From Octopus sinensis (Eukaryota): a DNA stretch of 64,000 bases. Below, piece after piece: positions 49,391 to 63,324 of the stretch. The number at the start of each line of letters is the position of its first letter. The stretch's first letter is position 1. The stretch is taken from contig NC_043015.1 in NCBI RefSeq assembly GCF_006345805.1, positions 41,292,001 through 41,356,000 on the forward strand, written 5' to 3'. The notes under the pieces are model-generated. The model was not told the origin of the DNA and ran no database searches. It saw nothing but the letters and a program-made list of their open reading frames with translations. A program made the position numbers and the translations under genes.

Positions 49391-50085
49391 AAATTTATGT
49401 CCATTATAAGGGCACTCGAGGCGCCTACCTGCTAGAAAGAGGAGCTAAAACCCTCAATTAAACCACCAACAATACTGAAAAATTCAACAGAAAAACAACC
49501 ATATGCAGGCAAACAGGTTAAACAATTTTGATATAACCAAATACAGCTCAAAGTTAAATATTTTGGTATTTGGATCTACTTGGATCGTGATTTCTAGTTC
49601 TGGCCAAAAGCCTCAACCCTCATCAGCAAGTTTTGCCAACTAAAAAAAAAATCCTTTAACTCGTTACGTTGAAATCTACTGAAGTGTTCTGAATTTTCTA
49701 GGGCCAAAATCAGAACAGCTTCAGTGCTAAGAGGGATTCTTTGGGGTTTGAATAATTCACCTCTGGAAACATGGGTCTTTCATTCAACATCCTTTACTCT
49801 TATTCAGGAACCTTTTGAGCGGGATGGGCTGCTCAGCTGGAAGAAAATTCGGAGTAAATATTCAGAATTGAATATTTATATAGATATTATTGTTGTTTTT
49901 ATTATCTGCAGTAAATATAAATAGTTGATGATAACAACAATAATAATAATAATAATAATATAGGTAGCTGCAGGCCTTAAATAACATTAGATAGCTATAG
50001 AATTAAGATTTGAAATTTATATCCATGAAAAGGGCACAGGGCACACAAGGTGCCTACCTGCTAGAAAGAGGAGCTAAAACCCTCA
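48643..50085. repeat. ~742-bp tandem duplication delimited by (TA)n
   Basis: 48643-49357 and 49385-50085 align with a few indels and substitutions. Confidence 0.92.
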
Positions 50086-50429
50086 TATATATATATATAT
50101 ATATATATAAAACTACTCCAGCATGATCACAGGCAGCTGGCTAGGAGGAATAAAAGGTAACATTTTTGTTTTCTTTTTAACTCTTAGCTGAGAAAATCCT
50201 CCAGAAGATAGAGCTACAATTTTTCAAGCTACTCAAAACACTTTGGATGTTATTATTTAAAGTTGAATAAAATAATAATAATAATACAGATGGGTTGTCA
50301 TGACGGGTATACTGGGCTTCGTATATTTTACCCCAGTGTCACTTTGATGGCATGCACTGCTCTCTCACTCAATAATAATAATAATAATAAATGTCCTGAT
50401 GGAATACCTGGCAGTGGCTCTCATGGCTT

Positions 50430-50830
50430 CTGATCTTAATTGATTGGAAGTGTTATCATGTACATTCTTTTGTCTTGGGATAAAAGATGGGTTTTACAGC
50501 AAATATTCTGCTCAATACCACAAATTTGCTTGTCAGTTGTTTGACCATAACCGGTTGAGCACGTCCCTTGGTGGCTGACGATATGTGCATCTCTGATCAT
50601 GAGCAAAAGTAGTGGGGGAGCATCATAGCCGTGTGTTGAAAGGGATTCTTTAAGGTTTGAATAATTCACCTCTGGAAACATGGGTGGTTCTTTCAACATC
50701 CTTAAACAACCCTTATTCAGGGACCTTTTGAGCGGGACGGGGTTACTCGACTAGAAGAAAATTCTAACTGGGCCCCACCTGCAAGGTCATGTGCTGTTTA
50801 TCTTGATATGAGATCACCATGTCGCACACA
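50430..50830. mobile_element. interspersed repeat whose core also occurs inside both units of the 48643-50085 duplication
   Basis: agggattcttt..ggtttgaataattcacctctggaaacatggg..ttcaacatcctt shared at ~48997, ~49730 and ~50640. Confidence 0.6.
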
Positions 50831-51589
50831 TATGGTTATAGGTTAAGAACAAAGATAATTCTTCTAGTTTCTTAAGGATTCAAGATGATAGGTTAGCCCT
50901 GATTTTCTGGGTTTTATATATATTTTTGTTATAGTGGTGGTGGGCTGAGGTCTTGGTTAGTTTTATATAGGATAGACATGTGATAGTGGTAACGGCCCTA
51001 CTTTTTGAAGAGTAGACATTCTAGTGATTGATTCTCTCTTCAATATAGCATTTTGCGTGAGAAGGGGTAGATGGGGGGATGGGTTGGCAAAATTATTACT
51101 GTATCGGACAAAATGCTTTGTAGCATTCACTCCAGCTCTTTAAATACGTTCAAAGTTGAAATCCTTCTGAGGTCAACTTTGCTTTTCATCTTTCCAGAGT
51201 TGGTCAAGCGTACCAGTGAATTACCACGATTGATGGAGTTGACTAACCCCACTCCCCTCAAAGCTTTGTACGTAAATCAGAAACAAGAATTGCGTACAAG
51301 GAGGGGCAGGGAGGGTAACCCTGTTGGTGGAGCCTAACTCATAACCCCTTATACAGGGAAGTTATTGAAACCAGCACTGCAAGCTAATGAAACATCCATG
51401 GGGTGACAGTTGTCCCTGCTGTTTACTAAAGATGGACATTTCCTTTTCATGGAACCTATTCATTGTTTAGTGGACTGAGGTACACAAAATGTTGCTGTCT
51501 GATAGAAGATAAGAACTTCAGACCTTTTGGCTGGTATCCTGTCCACTCAACCACCATCTCTGTGTGTGTGTTATGTTAAATATTTTACG

Positions 51590-51910
51590 CCTTACAGAGA
51601 ATAGACCATTGATGACTTTTCTTGACTGTTCTCCATTCTGAGCTCTCTTCTCAAGGAAGGCTTCCCTTTTCTAGGTCTTGGTGGTTCTGAATTGTCATCG
51701 ATGCCTCTATATTCTTTGCTCTTCTTTCTAGATGATGTGAAGCTGGCCCTAGGCAAACCCATTTTTGCTTCTGGAAGGAGTTGGTCCATATTTTTCTGGC
51801 CTCTATCCTTTGACTTGTCCTGCATGGGAGACCTTACCAGGACGTTGCCCCTTCATTGTCATAGCTCCCAAGGTCATTGAGGCATGCAAGTCACCACGTT
51901 GCAGCAAGGA
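51590..51910 (-). mobile_element. RTE-type LINE 5' region or Ceph-domain-like fragment
   Basis: minus strand gtggtgacttgcatgcctcaatgaccttgggagctatg...cctggtaaggtctcccatgcaggacaagtcaaagg. Confidence 0.5.
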
Positions 51911-53885
51911 CTGGACCCTGTGGTGGACTGTGTGTGTGTGTGTGTATTTGTGTAAATGTCTGTGCGTATACATTCATTTGTGAAAATGTGTGTATGTATT
52001 CATGTGTGTGTGTGTGTGCGTGTTTCTTTAATCTGCGTCATCCACGTAAATGTGTGTGCATTTGTAAATATGTGTATGTGTACAGGGAAATGTGTGTGTG
52101 TGTGTATTTGTGCAACTGTGTGCATGCACTGGGAATAGTGTGTGTACACACTAGAATATAGTATGTGTGTGTAATCTGTAGCATACACACACATGGACAC
52201 AGATGATGTATATAGAAAATTAATAGTAATTATTATTATTAACGAAATATCTCTAGGTGTAACTTAACAGTAGTAATAATAATAATAATAATAATAGTAG
52301 TAGTAGTAGTAGTAGTAGTGGTAGGTTAGTATTAAAGGGAGATAACTTGAAGTTACTCCCCCCCTAATATTACTGCTGTACAAATAATTTGAAAGCATTT
52401 AAAACATCATAGCTAATGATGCTGTGGTGTTCATCCGTGTTTGTGTTGTCTCATTATCTATATGTGGTTGTTATAATAATGTTCATCATGTTTTTTTTTA
52501 TTTTATCCATAGAAAAGACTCAACAACAAAAATCAAAATGAAATTGTAACTGAAAGTAAATAAAATTTTTTAAAAATCTATTTATTTAAAACGGAAAAAA
52601 ACGAGAAAATCAAAATTAGTAAATAATAATATTATTGTTTCATTAAAATTTTTTTAATAATTTATGTTGCTTTCTAAAGTCTTTGGAGCTGTTTTTGGAA
52701 AAAAAAGAAATTCCATGTCAAATGGAATTGGTAAGAGTAACAAATGAGTTTATTTGAGAAAAGTTGATTCCTCTTAAATGTTTCAATCATTTTGGTGCAA
52801 TTCTACTGAAAATTTCCTCACAGATGCAGTTTATGGAGAAATTAATAGAATATTTGTAAATTTTTAAACCTACCATATCGTTGCTGTGGCCAGTGGCCCC
52901 TGACTGGCTACTGTTCTGGTGGCACATGATCGATGCCAGTGCTGCCTGACTGGCTCCTGTACTGGCGGTATGTAAAAAGCACTCACTACACTCTCGGGGT
53001 GGTTGGCGTTAGGAAGGGCATCCAGCTGTAGAAACTTTGCCAGATCAGATTGGAGCCTGGTGCAACCTTCTGGTTTGCCAATTCTCAGTCAAACCATCCA
53101 ACCCATGCCAGCATGGAGAACAGACGTTAAATGATGATGATGATGATATCTGACCGAAATAGTCTACCAGTTTTATTTTCTCAAATCTCAAAGCTGAGCT
53201 AATGCATGATTGATTCCAAACAATCTGGTGAACCCTTGGGAGACAGCAGGGGCCGATGTATCAGCCAAAATGTCGAATTACAAAGAAGATTGTGTTAATT
53301 CATTCAAGTCCCTCCAAGAAGATACTCTCTTACTTGTTTGACTGTGGTCATGCTGGAGCACCGCCTTTAGTCGAAGAAATCGACCCCAGGACTTATTCTT
53401 TGTAAGCCTAGTACTTATTCTATTGGTCTCTTTTGCCGAACTGCTAAGTTACGGGGACATAAACACACCAGCATCGGTTGTCAAGCGGTGTTGGGGAGAC
53501 AAACACAGACACACAAACATATACACACACATATATATATATACACGACGGGCTTCTTTCAGTTTCCGTCTACCAAATCCACTCACAAGGCTTTGGTCAA
53601 CTCGAGGCTATATTAAAAGACACTTGCCCAAATATCGCTTGACAACCGATGATGGTATGTTTACGTCCCCGTAACTTAGTGGTTCGGCAAAAGAGACCGA
53701 TAGAATAAGTACTAGGCTTACAAAGAATAAGTCCTGCGGTTGATTTGCTCGACTAAAGGCGGTGCTCCAGCATGACCACAGTAACATGACTGAAACGAGT
53801 AAAAGAGTATATGTGTGTGTGTATGCATATACCGATATGTGTGTATATATACGTATAGATATTTATATACATATATATATATATA

Positions 53886-54393
53886 TACTAGCAGTATCGC
53901 CCGGCGTTGCTCAGGTTTGTAAGGGAAATAACTATATAAACATTTTTAGAGAGTTACTTCCCTTATAAATTCGGGCTTTCTTAGCCATTTTTGTTTTGGT
54001 GTCTTCAAGCCATGAAGTCGTTGTTCTAAAAGAACGCTGGTTTCCTTCACAACGCATTACGACGTTGATTTCTTTACACTCCCTTCCCCACAGCTTCACG
54101 AGGGAGGGAAGGGGGAGAAGCAAACAGGTGCAGCTGTGAGCGTGGACGCCAACTCCGCCGCCATCGACACACGATGCATTTTATGCATTAAAATGGAATA
54201 AAAAATGATGTTAAATTATTTTTAAAATCGTAGACTCATCGTAGACGCGCGCTAATAGTCAGACGGGCTCGATATGAATCACGACTATAAGATACCCGGT
54301 TTTGGTTAAACTGCACCGCAAAATGTGGGAGGAGTTAGGAATCTAAATCGAAGGGGACAGACACTCACACAACTACAGTTTTATATATATAGA
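53886..54393 (+). mobile_element. non-autonomous Helentron-associated (HINE/DINE-like) element
   Basis: 5' TACTAGCAGTATCGCCCGGCGTTGCTC; 3' GGACAGAC...CAGTTTTATATATATAGAT; inserted in a TA run. Confidence 0.6.
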
Positions 54394-55849
54394 TATATAT
54401 AGGAGTGGCTGTGTGGTAAGTAGCTTGCTTACGTGTCACATGGTTCAGGGTTCAGTCCCACTGCGTGGCACCTTGGTCAAGTGTCTTCTACTATAGCCTC
54501 GGGCCGACCAAAGCCTTGTGAGTGGATTTGGTAGATGGAAACTGAAAGAAGCCCGTCGTATATATGTATATATATATATGTGTGCGCGTATATGTTTGTG
54601 TGTACGTGTTTGTCCGCCAACATTGCTTGACAATCGATGCTGGTGTGTTCACGTCCCCGTAACCTAGCGGTTTGTGCAAAAGAGACCGATAGAATAAGTA
54701 CTGGGCTTACAAAGAATAAATCCTGGGGACGATTTCTTCGACTAAAGGCGGTGCTCCAGCATGGCAACAGTCAAATTACTAAAACAAGTAAAAGAGTATA
54801 TTTGAGTGTGTGTATGCATATACCGATATGTTTGTGTATACATATATACGTATAGATATTTATATATAAATATATATGTATAGAACTATGCAGATACACT
54901 CATGTAGAATTTACATTTTGAGGTAAACTAATGATCAAATTATCTCCCTTTTCTAGTAAACGAATAAGTCCCAAACATTTATCTCCCTTGCATCAAGTAT
55001 TAAGTTTGAGTCTGAAGTTTATAACCAGTATGTGCACACACGCACGTAACTATACCTGCATTATGCATATATAATGTTTGTGTTTAGTAATTCGTATTTG
55101 CATATATGCGTGTGCCTGGCAGAATCGTTAGCCCGCCGGGCGAAATGCTTAGCAGTATTTCATCTGCCGCAACGTTCTGAGTTCAAATTCCGCCGAGGTC
55201 GACTTTGCCTTTCATCCTTTCGGGGTCGATAAATTAAGTACCAGTTACGCACTGGGGTCTATGTAATCGACTTAATACCTATGTCTGTCCTTGTTTGACC
55301 CCTCTATGTTTAGCCCCTTGTGGGCAATAAAGAATTAAATATTTCATCTGCCGCTACGTTCCAAGTTCAAATTCCACCGAGGTCGATTTTGCTTTTCATC
55401 CTTTTGGCATCGATTAAATAAGTAACAATTATGCACTGGGGTCGATATAAACGACTTATACCCTTCGTTTGTCCCCTCTGTGTTAAGCCCCCTGTGAGCA
55501 ATAAAGAAATATATATGTGTGTGCTTGATTGCAGAGTTTCCCATCATCATCATCATCATCATCATCGTTTAACGTCTGCTTTCCATGCTAGCATGGGTTT
55601 ACAGGTGGCATGTAAAAAACACCATTCGAGTGCAGCCGTTGCCAGTACCCCCTGACTGGCCCTCGTGCCGGTGGCACATAAAAGCACCCACTACACTCTC
55701 GGAGTGGTTGAAGTTAGGAAGGGCATCCAGCTGTAGAAACTTTACCAGATCGGATTGACCCTGGTGCAGCCATCTGTTTCGCCAGTCCTCAGTCAAATTG
55801 TCCAACCCATGCCAGCATGAAAAACGGATGTTACACGATGAAGATGATG

Positions 55850-55899
<50 letters not shown>

Positions 55900-55919
55900 T
55901 AGATATACATATATATATG

Positions 55920-56115
55920 TAAGTTAATCCAAACATGAAAACACAACAACGCGAGGACGTGGAACAAATATAGTATTATTGGACGCTCAGGAAGGAAGGG
56001 AAGAAGGAGGGTTTAACGTTTCGAGCGGAGCTCTTTGTCAGAAACATAGGAAAAGGAAAGATCCAGAGAAGGGAAGACGGAGGGAAAAAAATCACCAACA
56101 GTACACATGCGGTCA
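55920..56115 (-). mobile_element. short Penelope-pLTR-like element with a near-intact minimal hammerhead
   Basis: minus strand 56045-56011 reads GTTT-CTGACAA-A-GAGC(TCC)GCTC-GAAAC-GTT-AAAC; lies next to (TA)n. Confidence 0.62.
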
Positions 56116-56515
56116 CAAACACATATATCTATATGTGTGTGTGTGTGTATGTATGTTCATATATACATACACACATATACACGTATGATTGTGTTAAAGT
56201 CTTGTGCCAAAATATATCAAATATTGTCATAAATTACTGTCAATCATCCAACATCATTCACATCAGTTATTACAGAGTGAGGTGTGTGTTTGCGTGTCTG
56301 CATGTGTGTGTGTGTGTGAATGTTACATTGTGTGTTTATATCCAGTGACTGAGCTAATTTTTAAAACATTTCATTTCACGTGAGTGCCTTAAATAATAGT
56401 AATGACATATAAAATACAACTTTACAAAGAATAGCTGTCTATATCTTCCACATTTATAAAAGTGTTTGGGTTTCTTTATTGGCAAAGTTACAATTCACAC
56501 ATTTTTTCTTAGAAG

Positions 56516-56866
56516 TATATATATATATAAAATATTAGAAAAAACCCACCTTTTATCAATTCAAAATGAATAACTAAATTACACCATCTAGAAAATTACA
56601 TATAATAGAAAAGTTAAAATTAAAATAACAATTAAAAACTAAAGATTAAGTAAATTACAAAAATAATATAATGTGTATAATAGGTTTTTATGTTTTTCTA
56701 CCTATTATATACATTACATTATTCTTGTAATTTACTTAATCTTTACTTTTTAATTGTTATTTTAATTTTAACTTTTCTATTATATGTAATTTTCTAGATG
56801 GTGTAATTTAGTTATTCATTTTGAATTGATAAAAGGTGGGTTTTTTCTAATATTTTATATATATAT
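56516..56866. mobile_element. AT-rich fold-back palindrome (~165-bp arms)
   Basis: aaaatattagaaaaaacccaccttttatcaattcaaaatg... mirrored by ...cattttgaattgataaaaggtgggttttttctaatatttt. Confidence 0.85.
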
Positions 56867-58294
56867 TATATTGTGTGGAATTTGATTTAGTATTTCTAAA
56901 TTGAATTCTTTTTCCTTGTAAGTTTGGATTTTATTCCCTCAAATAATAATTACTCTCTCTCTTACTCTTTTATTTGTTTCAGTCATTTGACTGCGGCCAT
57001 GCTGGAGCACTGCCTTTAATCGAGCAACTCGACCCCGGGACTTATTCTTTTGTAAGCCCAGTACTTATTCTATCAGTCTCTTTTGCTGAACCGCTAAGTA
57101 ACGGGGACATAAACACACCAGCATTGGTTGTCAAGCAATGCTAGGGGGACAAACACACACATGCATATATATATATATACATATATACATATATACGATG
57201 GGCTTCTTTTCAGTTTCCATCTTCCAAATCCACTCACAAGGCTTTGGTCAGCCCGAGGCTATAGTAGAAGACACTTGCCCAAGGTGCCACGCAGTGGGAC
57301 TGAACCTGGAACCATGTACTTGGTAAACAAGCTACTTACCACACAATATATATTGGCACATATGTGCTTGTGCAGGTCAGCTAGCCCTAGAAAACCATGT
57401 CCAAAACATACGTATGAGCAGCAGAAGGTTCTCCAATGCATCTGATCCTGTCCCGCTGCCAACACATACAAGAATTGAAAATGGACATAAAATGATAATG
57501 AGAGTCGTGATGATGATGATAATGACTTTCTTGTCATATTTTTTGTTCCCAAAATATTGCTACATATTTCTCAGATTAATAAAGCTTTTTTTGTTGATAA
57601 TTCACTTCATAAATGCCTATTGTCTACTACAAGCATTTTGTACTCATGGTGGTACTGGACACATTTAAATACGTATTTAAATATAATGGGCTAAAATACA
57701 GGCTGGGGATTGTTAGTAAATGGCTAGACAGATATTTTTGTTTGTATTATTCTCTTCAATAACTCAGTACAATTGTTTTTAAAAACTCAAGACTACAGAG
57801 TAATTAGGTTATGGTAGTTGACAGGAAAAACAGCCTAAAGCCTGGAAAATAAACAGAGAGAGACAAAGGCAAAGTGTGTGAGAGAGAGAAGGAAGAGGAG
57901 GAGGAGGAAAACATTTGAGGTGATGAAGTATCAACAAATCAATGGTAACAAAGCAGCCATTATTCCTGGTTTGAGGCTATTTTGTTTCACATAAACAGAT
58001 AAATAATAGTAAAATAATCCTTTCTATTCTTGGCACAAGGCCTTGAATTTGTGGGGTGGGGATTATATCAACCCCAGTGTTTCACTGGTACTTAATTTAT
58101 TGACTCTGAAAGGATGAAAGGCAAAGTCGACCTTGGCGGAATTTGAACTCAGAACATAGTGATGAGCAAAATACCACTAAGCATTTTGCCCAGTGTGTTA
58201 ACAACTCTGCCAGCTCACCACCTTAATAATAATAATAATCCTTTCTACTAAAGGCACATGGCCTGAAATTTTTTTTTGTGATATATATATATAT

Positions 58295-58590
58295 AAAATA
58301 CAAAATGGGTCAAGAACGCAAAACATCTGGACAGTTAGGTGATACAAAAAGGAGACAACAAAACATCCAGATGGACGATACAAAGAAAACAAGGATGGGT
58401 CATTCGAAGTTTTTTTTCCTCAGTCGAGTACCAGATTTTCTTTGCAATTTCAGCTGATAATACTCGAGATTGCTCCAATCTGGCCAGCCCCAAGAAAAAA
58501 CTAAGCGAAGAGCATTAGATTCCTTGGAAGGAAGCAGCGAATTTATACAAAAACAAGGACAGAAAAAAACAGACAAGGTTACACAATTAC
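58295..58590 (-). mobile_element. interspersed repeat, possibly pLTR-like (second copy 61275-61560)
   Basis: shared gagattgctccaatctggccagccccaag(a/g)aaaaacta body; CTGAGGA/CTGAAGA cores on the minus strand. Confidence 0.5.
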
Positions 58591-60183
58591 AAATACACAC
58601 ATATATATATATACTCTTTTACTTGTTTCAGTCATTTGACTGCAGTCATGCTGGAGCACTGCCTTTAATCGAGCAACTCGACCCCAGGACTTATTCTATC
58701 GGTCTCTTTTGCCGAACCGCAAAGTAACGGGGACATAAACACACCAGCATCGGTTGTCAAGCAATGCTAGGGGGACAAACACATATACACACATTTATAT
58801 ATACATATATACGACAAGCTTCTTTCAGTTTCCGTCTACCAAATCCACTCACAAGGCTTTGGTCGGCCTGGGGCTATAGCAGAAGACACTTGCCCAAGGT
58901 GCCACGCAGTGGGACTGAACCCGGAACCATGTGGTTGGTTAGCAAGCTACTTACCACACAGCCACTCCTAATATATATATACAATTAAGGTTCAATTGAA
59001 TTAGGTACTTAGACTGAGGCACCTCTCTAGGTCAGAATAATATACACACACAACAATATTAATTAAATACCAAACTTGTTACTTAAGTACTAGCCAAATG
59101 ATATTATTGCAGTGTATGCAGACAGTTAGATGCAGCTGAGTGTAGGAAATCTACTTGTAGCTAGCTGTCCAGACATGCACTTTATGTTAAATATGCTGTC
59201 CATATTATTTATGAAGGGCAGATTCCGAGACAGGTGAATAAAAAATAAATGATTAACAGAAAAGTACAGGTGTCAATGCATTGCAGCCGTTTCTAATTAC
59301 ATTTTTAACTGATTAATGGAAATATTACGTCTTTGTAAAGAAACCATTTTTGTCAGAGGAATTCATGAACTTCAAAATAAAATACATTTAGAATGATTTA
59401 ACATCATCATCATATATCGTTCAATGTCCGCTTTCCATGCTAGCATGGGTTGGATGATTTGACTGAGGACTGGCGAACCAGATGGCTGCACCAGGCTCCA
59501 ATCTTGATCTGGCAGAGTTTCTACAGCTGGATGCCCTTCCTAATGCCAACCACTCCGAGAGTGTAGTGGGTGCTTTTATGCGCCGCTGGCACGAGGGCCA
59601 GTCTGGCAGTACTGGCAACGACCACGCTCAAATAGTGCTTTTTACATGCCACCTGCACAGGAGCCGGTCCAGCGGCACTGGCAACGACCTCGCTCGAATG
59701 CTTTTTACACGTACCACTAGCACAAGTACCAGTAAGGCGATGCAGGTAACGATCACGCTCAAATGGTGTTTTATGTGCCATTGGCACAGAGGCTAGCTTG
59801 TTGCTCTGGCAACGATCAATCCACGGAACAAAATCATTTGCATTGATTCTGCTATTATTTCAGTTGGTAGAATGGATTTACCAGAATAGTGTATATTCGG
59901 TCAGAACGGAGAAATTTAGAGGTTATTAGAGTTTTTAGGAAGGAGAAAGAATAATTGATTCCAGTGACCCAGTTATCTATACTTCAAACAAAAAGGGAGA
60001 ATATGGCTCCAATAGTCTATGTTTATTTATGGCGGTACATATTCTAAAATAAGAAGTTGTTTAATGTCTACAGGTCAGTGGTAAGAAAATGCAATGTGGT
60101 CAGGCCAACCTACTAAATTATCAAGGCCGCATGTGATGGAATCAATATACAGGCTTTATCTCTGCAAATGGGCAAGGCAGAGG

Positions 60184-60226
<43 letters not shown>

Positions 60227-61231
60227 TAAGATAAAACTTACTTGGGAGTGAATGCGTGGCATTCGATCATAAAATAACAAATTAATAAATAAAACATATG
60301 CATGTATACATATATGTACATACCTACATCTATATGTATATATACATGCATATATGGGTACAGGACACCAAAAAAACGTAGAACACAGCGAGAAACGAAA
60401 ACATAAAACAAAAACATGGAAACGATATATATATATATATATGCCTGTATATATGTGAGAGATTGTTCTGGGCTCTCATTAGGCAAGAAGCTGAAACTTT
60501 TTTTGGCCCATCACATTGCTTGGACCCTAAGTAAGGCATGTGTAAAATTTGAATGTAATCGGTTGGGTAGTTCTCGAGTTTTAGGGCTTCACATAGACAG
60601 ACAGACATTCTCAGTTTTATATATTAAGCTATACAAAAGGCTTCTTTCAGTTTCCACCTACCAATTCCACTTACAAGACTTTGGTCAGCTTGAGACTACA
60701 GTACAAGACACTTGCCCAAGATGCCACACAGTGGGATTGAACCCAGGACAATGTGGTTGGGAAGCTGCACCTGGCTATGGTCACTTCAAACCAGGAAGTT
60801 TGTATCTTAGACCCAAGGTCAGTCTCGGGTCGACTGATATAAAAACTCTATTTTCCTTACATCTATCAATGGTTTGATAAGTCTCAAGTGCTAATTATCT
60901 TTGCTAATCCTATTAATTCTGTCACATGGCCTGTGGAAACTAACATATTTATAGATATGAACACTCCACTTTCTTATTTGTCGGTGTTGGTCACCTCATG
61001 CCAAGAGGACAGCGGAAGTACATTCCATTGTCAGCATTTGGCACTTTGTCCATTCTTGTCAGTCTTTAACTAGCACTGTTTGCATTCTATATTTCAAATT
61101 GTCTATTATTACACACACACACAAACACACACGTATACAGACACACATACATTTTATTCATACCCATAAATATGACAAGGTATATTTTGTTTCACCAGAA
61201 GCTTTCATCATGGACACACACACACACACAC

Positions 61232-61277
<46 letters not shown>

Positions 61278-62274
61278 GAAAAATACAAACTGGGACAAGA
61301 ACGCAAAACATTTAGAAGACAATACAAAAAACACGGACGGGACATTTGAAACCTTCAATCTTCAGTCAAGAACCGGATCATCCTCGCAATTTCGGCTGAT
61401 TAATCTTGAGATTGCTCCAATCTGGCCAGCCCCAAGGAAAAACTAATCTACAAGCATTAGATTTCTTGGAAAAAGGATCGAATGTATACGAAACAAGGAC
61501 AGAAAAACGGACGATGCCACACAAATATAAATACAAAAAACAATAATAGTAATAACAGGACAAAAACAGCGGGTGTCTTACGACTTTAGACAGTTCAACC
61601 AAGCTTATATATATATATATATATATATATATCATCATCATCATCATCATCATCATTAAGTGCCCGCTTTCCATGCTAGCATGGGTTGGATGGTTCAACT
61701 GGGGTCTGTGAAGCCAGAAGGCTGCATCAGGCCCAGTCTGATCTGGCAGTGTTTCTACGGCTGGATGCCCATCCTAACGCCAACCACTCCGTGAGTGTAG
61801 ATATATATATATATATATACATATATGAACGATTATACATAATAAAGACAAGATTTTAGCACATATCAAATCTGAAATCCCATGGATAAAGAACACTGTT
61901 ATCAATAAGGAAAAAGGCAAAATCTTTGAAGAAACGGAAAGTCTATGTTTGGCAGTTATTTCAGGAGAGATGCAACAATGTTCATTTTGATGTTTCATGG
62001 CCATCTTTTCAGGATGGAATGTATAAAATGGGATCAAAGGTCGTTAGATTTTAAGAAGAGACAGCACTGAGACTGGTTTGATTCCAATGGTATGGGGATA
62101 AATGAGCTTTTAGCAACAAAGAAGTCCACTCGTGAAAAGCTTGACCCAAATGTAAAAGAACTCAGAAGGGTGGGCCTCTGACCAGGCCTTTCGTGACACC
62201 CTTATTAAAGCTAGGATCTTATCAACCCACCTTTTTTTTTATCATGAATATGTCATTAGAGGTCCTTGTGCATA

Positions 62275-62275
62275 G

Positions 62276-62318
<43 letters not shown>

Positions 62319-62400
62319 ATGATGATGATGATGGTGGTGGTGGTGGTGGTGGTGGTGATGGTGGTGGTGGTAGTGGTGGTGGTAGTGGTGGTGGTGATGA
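62275..62400. repeat. (GAT)n(GGT)n compound trinucleotide repeat
   Basis: direct inspection. Confidence 0.95.
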
Positions 62401-62602
62401 TTTACCACCTAATACAAAAGGAAACACAAGAAGCTGGAAACGTGTCACAAACAAGAACATTATATTAAAACATAAGTGATGAGATGCTCCATCATGGCCG
62501 CGGCTACAGTCCAATGACTGATGGCAGCAACGGAACAAAAGAAAACCAGTTCACAGCTGCGGTTATGTTAGACGAAGAGAAATGAAGATTAGATAGATAG
62601 AT

Positions 62603-62641
<39 letters not shown>

Positions 62642-63239
62642 AAACTATTAGCGTTTTATAGACTAAAGAACAAAGTTTTTCTTTGTGACATTTCATCATC
62701 ATGATCGACATCATCGTTTTCGTCATTGTCTTCACTGTCATCGTCATCAGTTCTCATCATTAATATTAGAAAAAAAAGTTTTTGTGAACTAGCAAAAAAA
62801 GTATTAGGAGAATTTTAAAAATCCTTTTAATTCCACATTGCTCTTCCTTTCCTCCACCCCAACCAACCTCCCACACTGTCCCTTAAAATAGCAAACAATC
62901 CTTAGCTACACACAAGATAAAAAATGCCAGAAAGACAGGTTGGTTCCTCTCAAATTCTTTGTAAACTCTTAAATATATCTCCTTCTGTGTGTATATATAT
63001 ACTACCAAACAAACATGATTTTTATTGAACTCCTAATACTTTCTTGTAAACTGTTTTTAACATGTTCTTATTATTATCAAAGAATGTATATATGTATTTT
63101 AATACTTTTGTGACAACCAGGACTTAACACAAAAAAGCTTTTACAAAGCTTTACATTTTACATTTGACAATCTTTTTCTAAAAAAAGTGAAACCGGTCAA
63201 GTGAATAGACATCTTTTAAAATTGCATTTTCAAACCTTC

Positions 63240-63324
<85 letters not shown>

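Noticed and set aside
61820-62190. Purine-rich coding-like stretch (NKDKILAHIKSEIPW...)
   Set aside because: Interrupted by stops and frameshifts, with no recognisable domain or splice context; possibly a decayed retroelement, but I cannot support a call.
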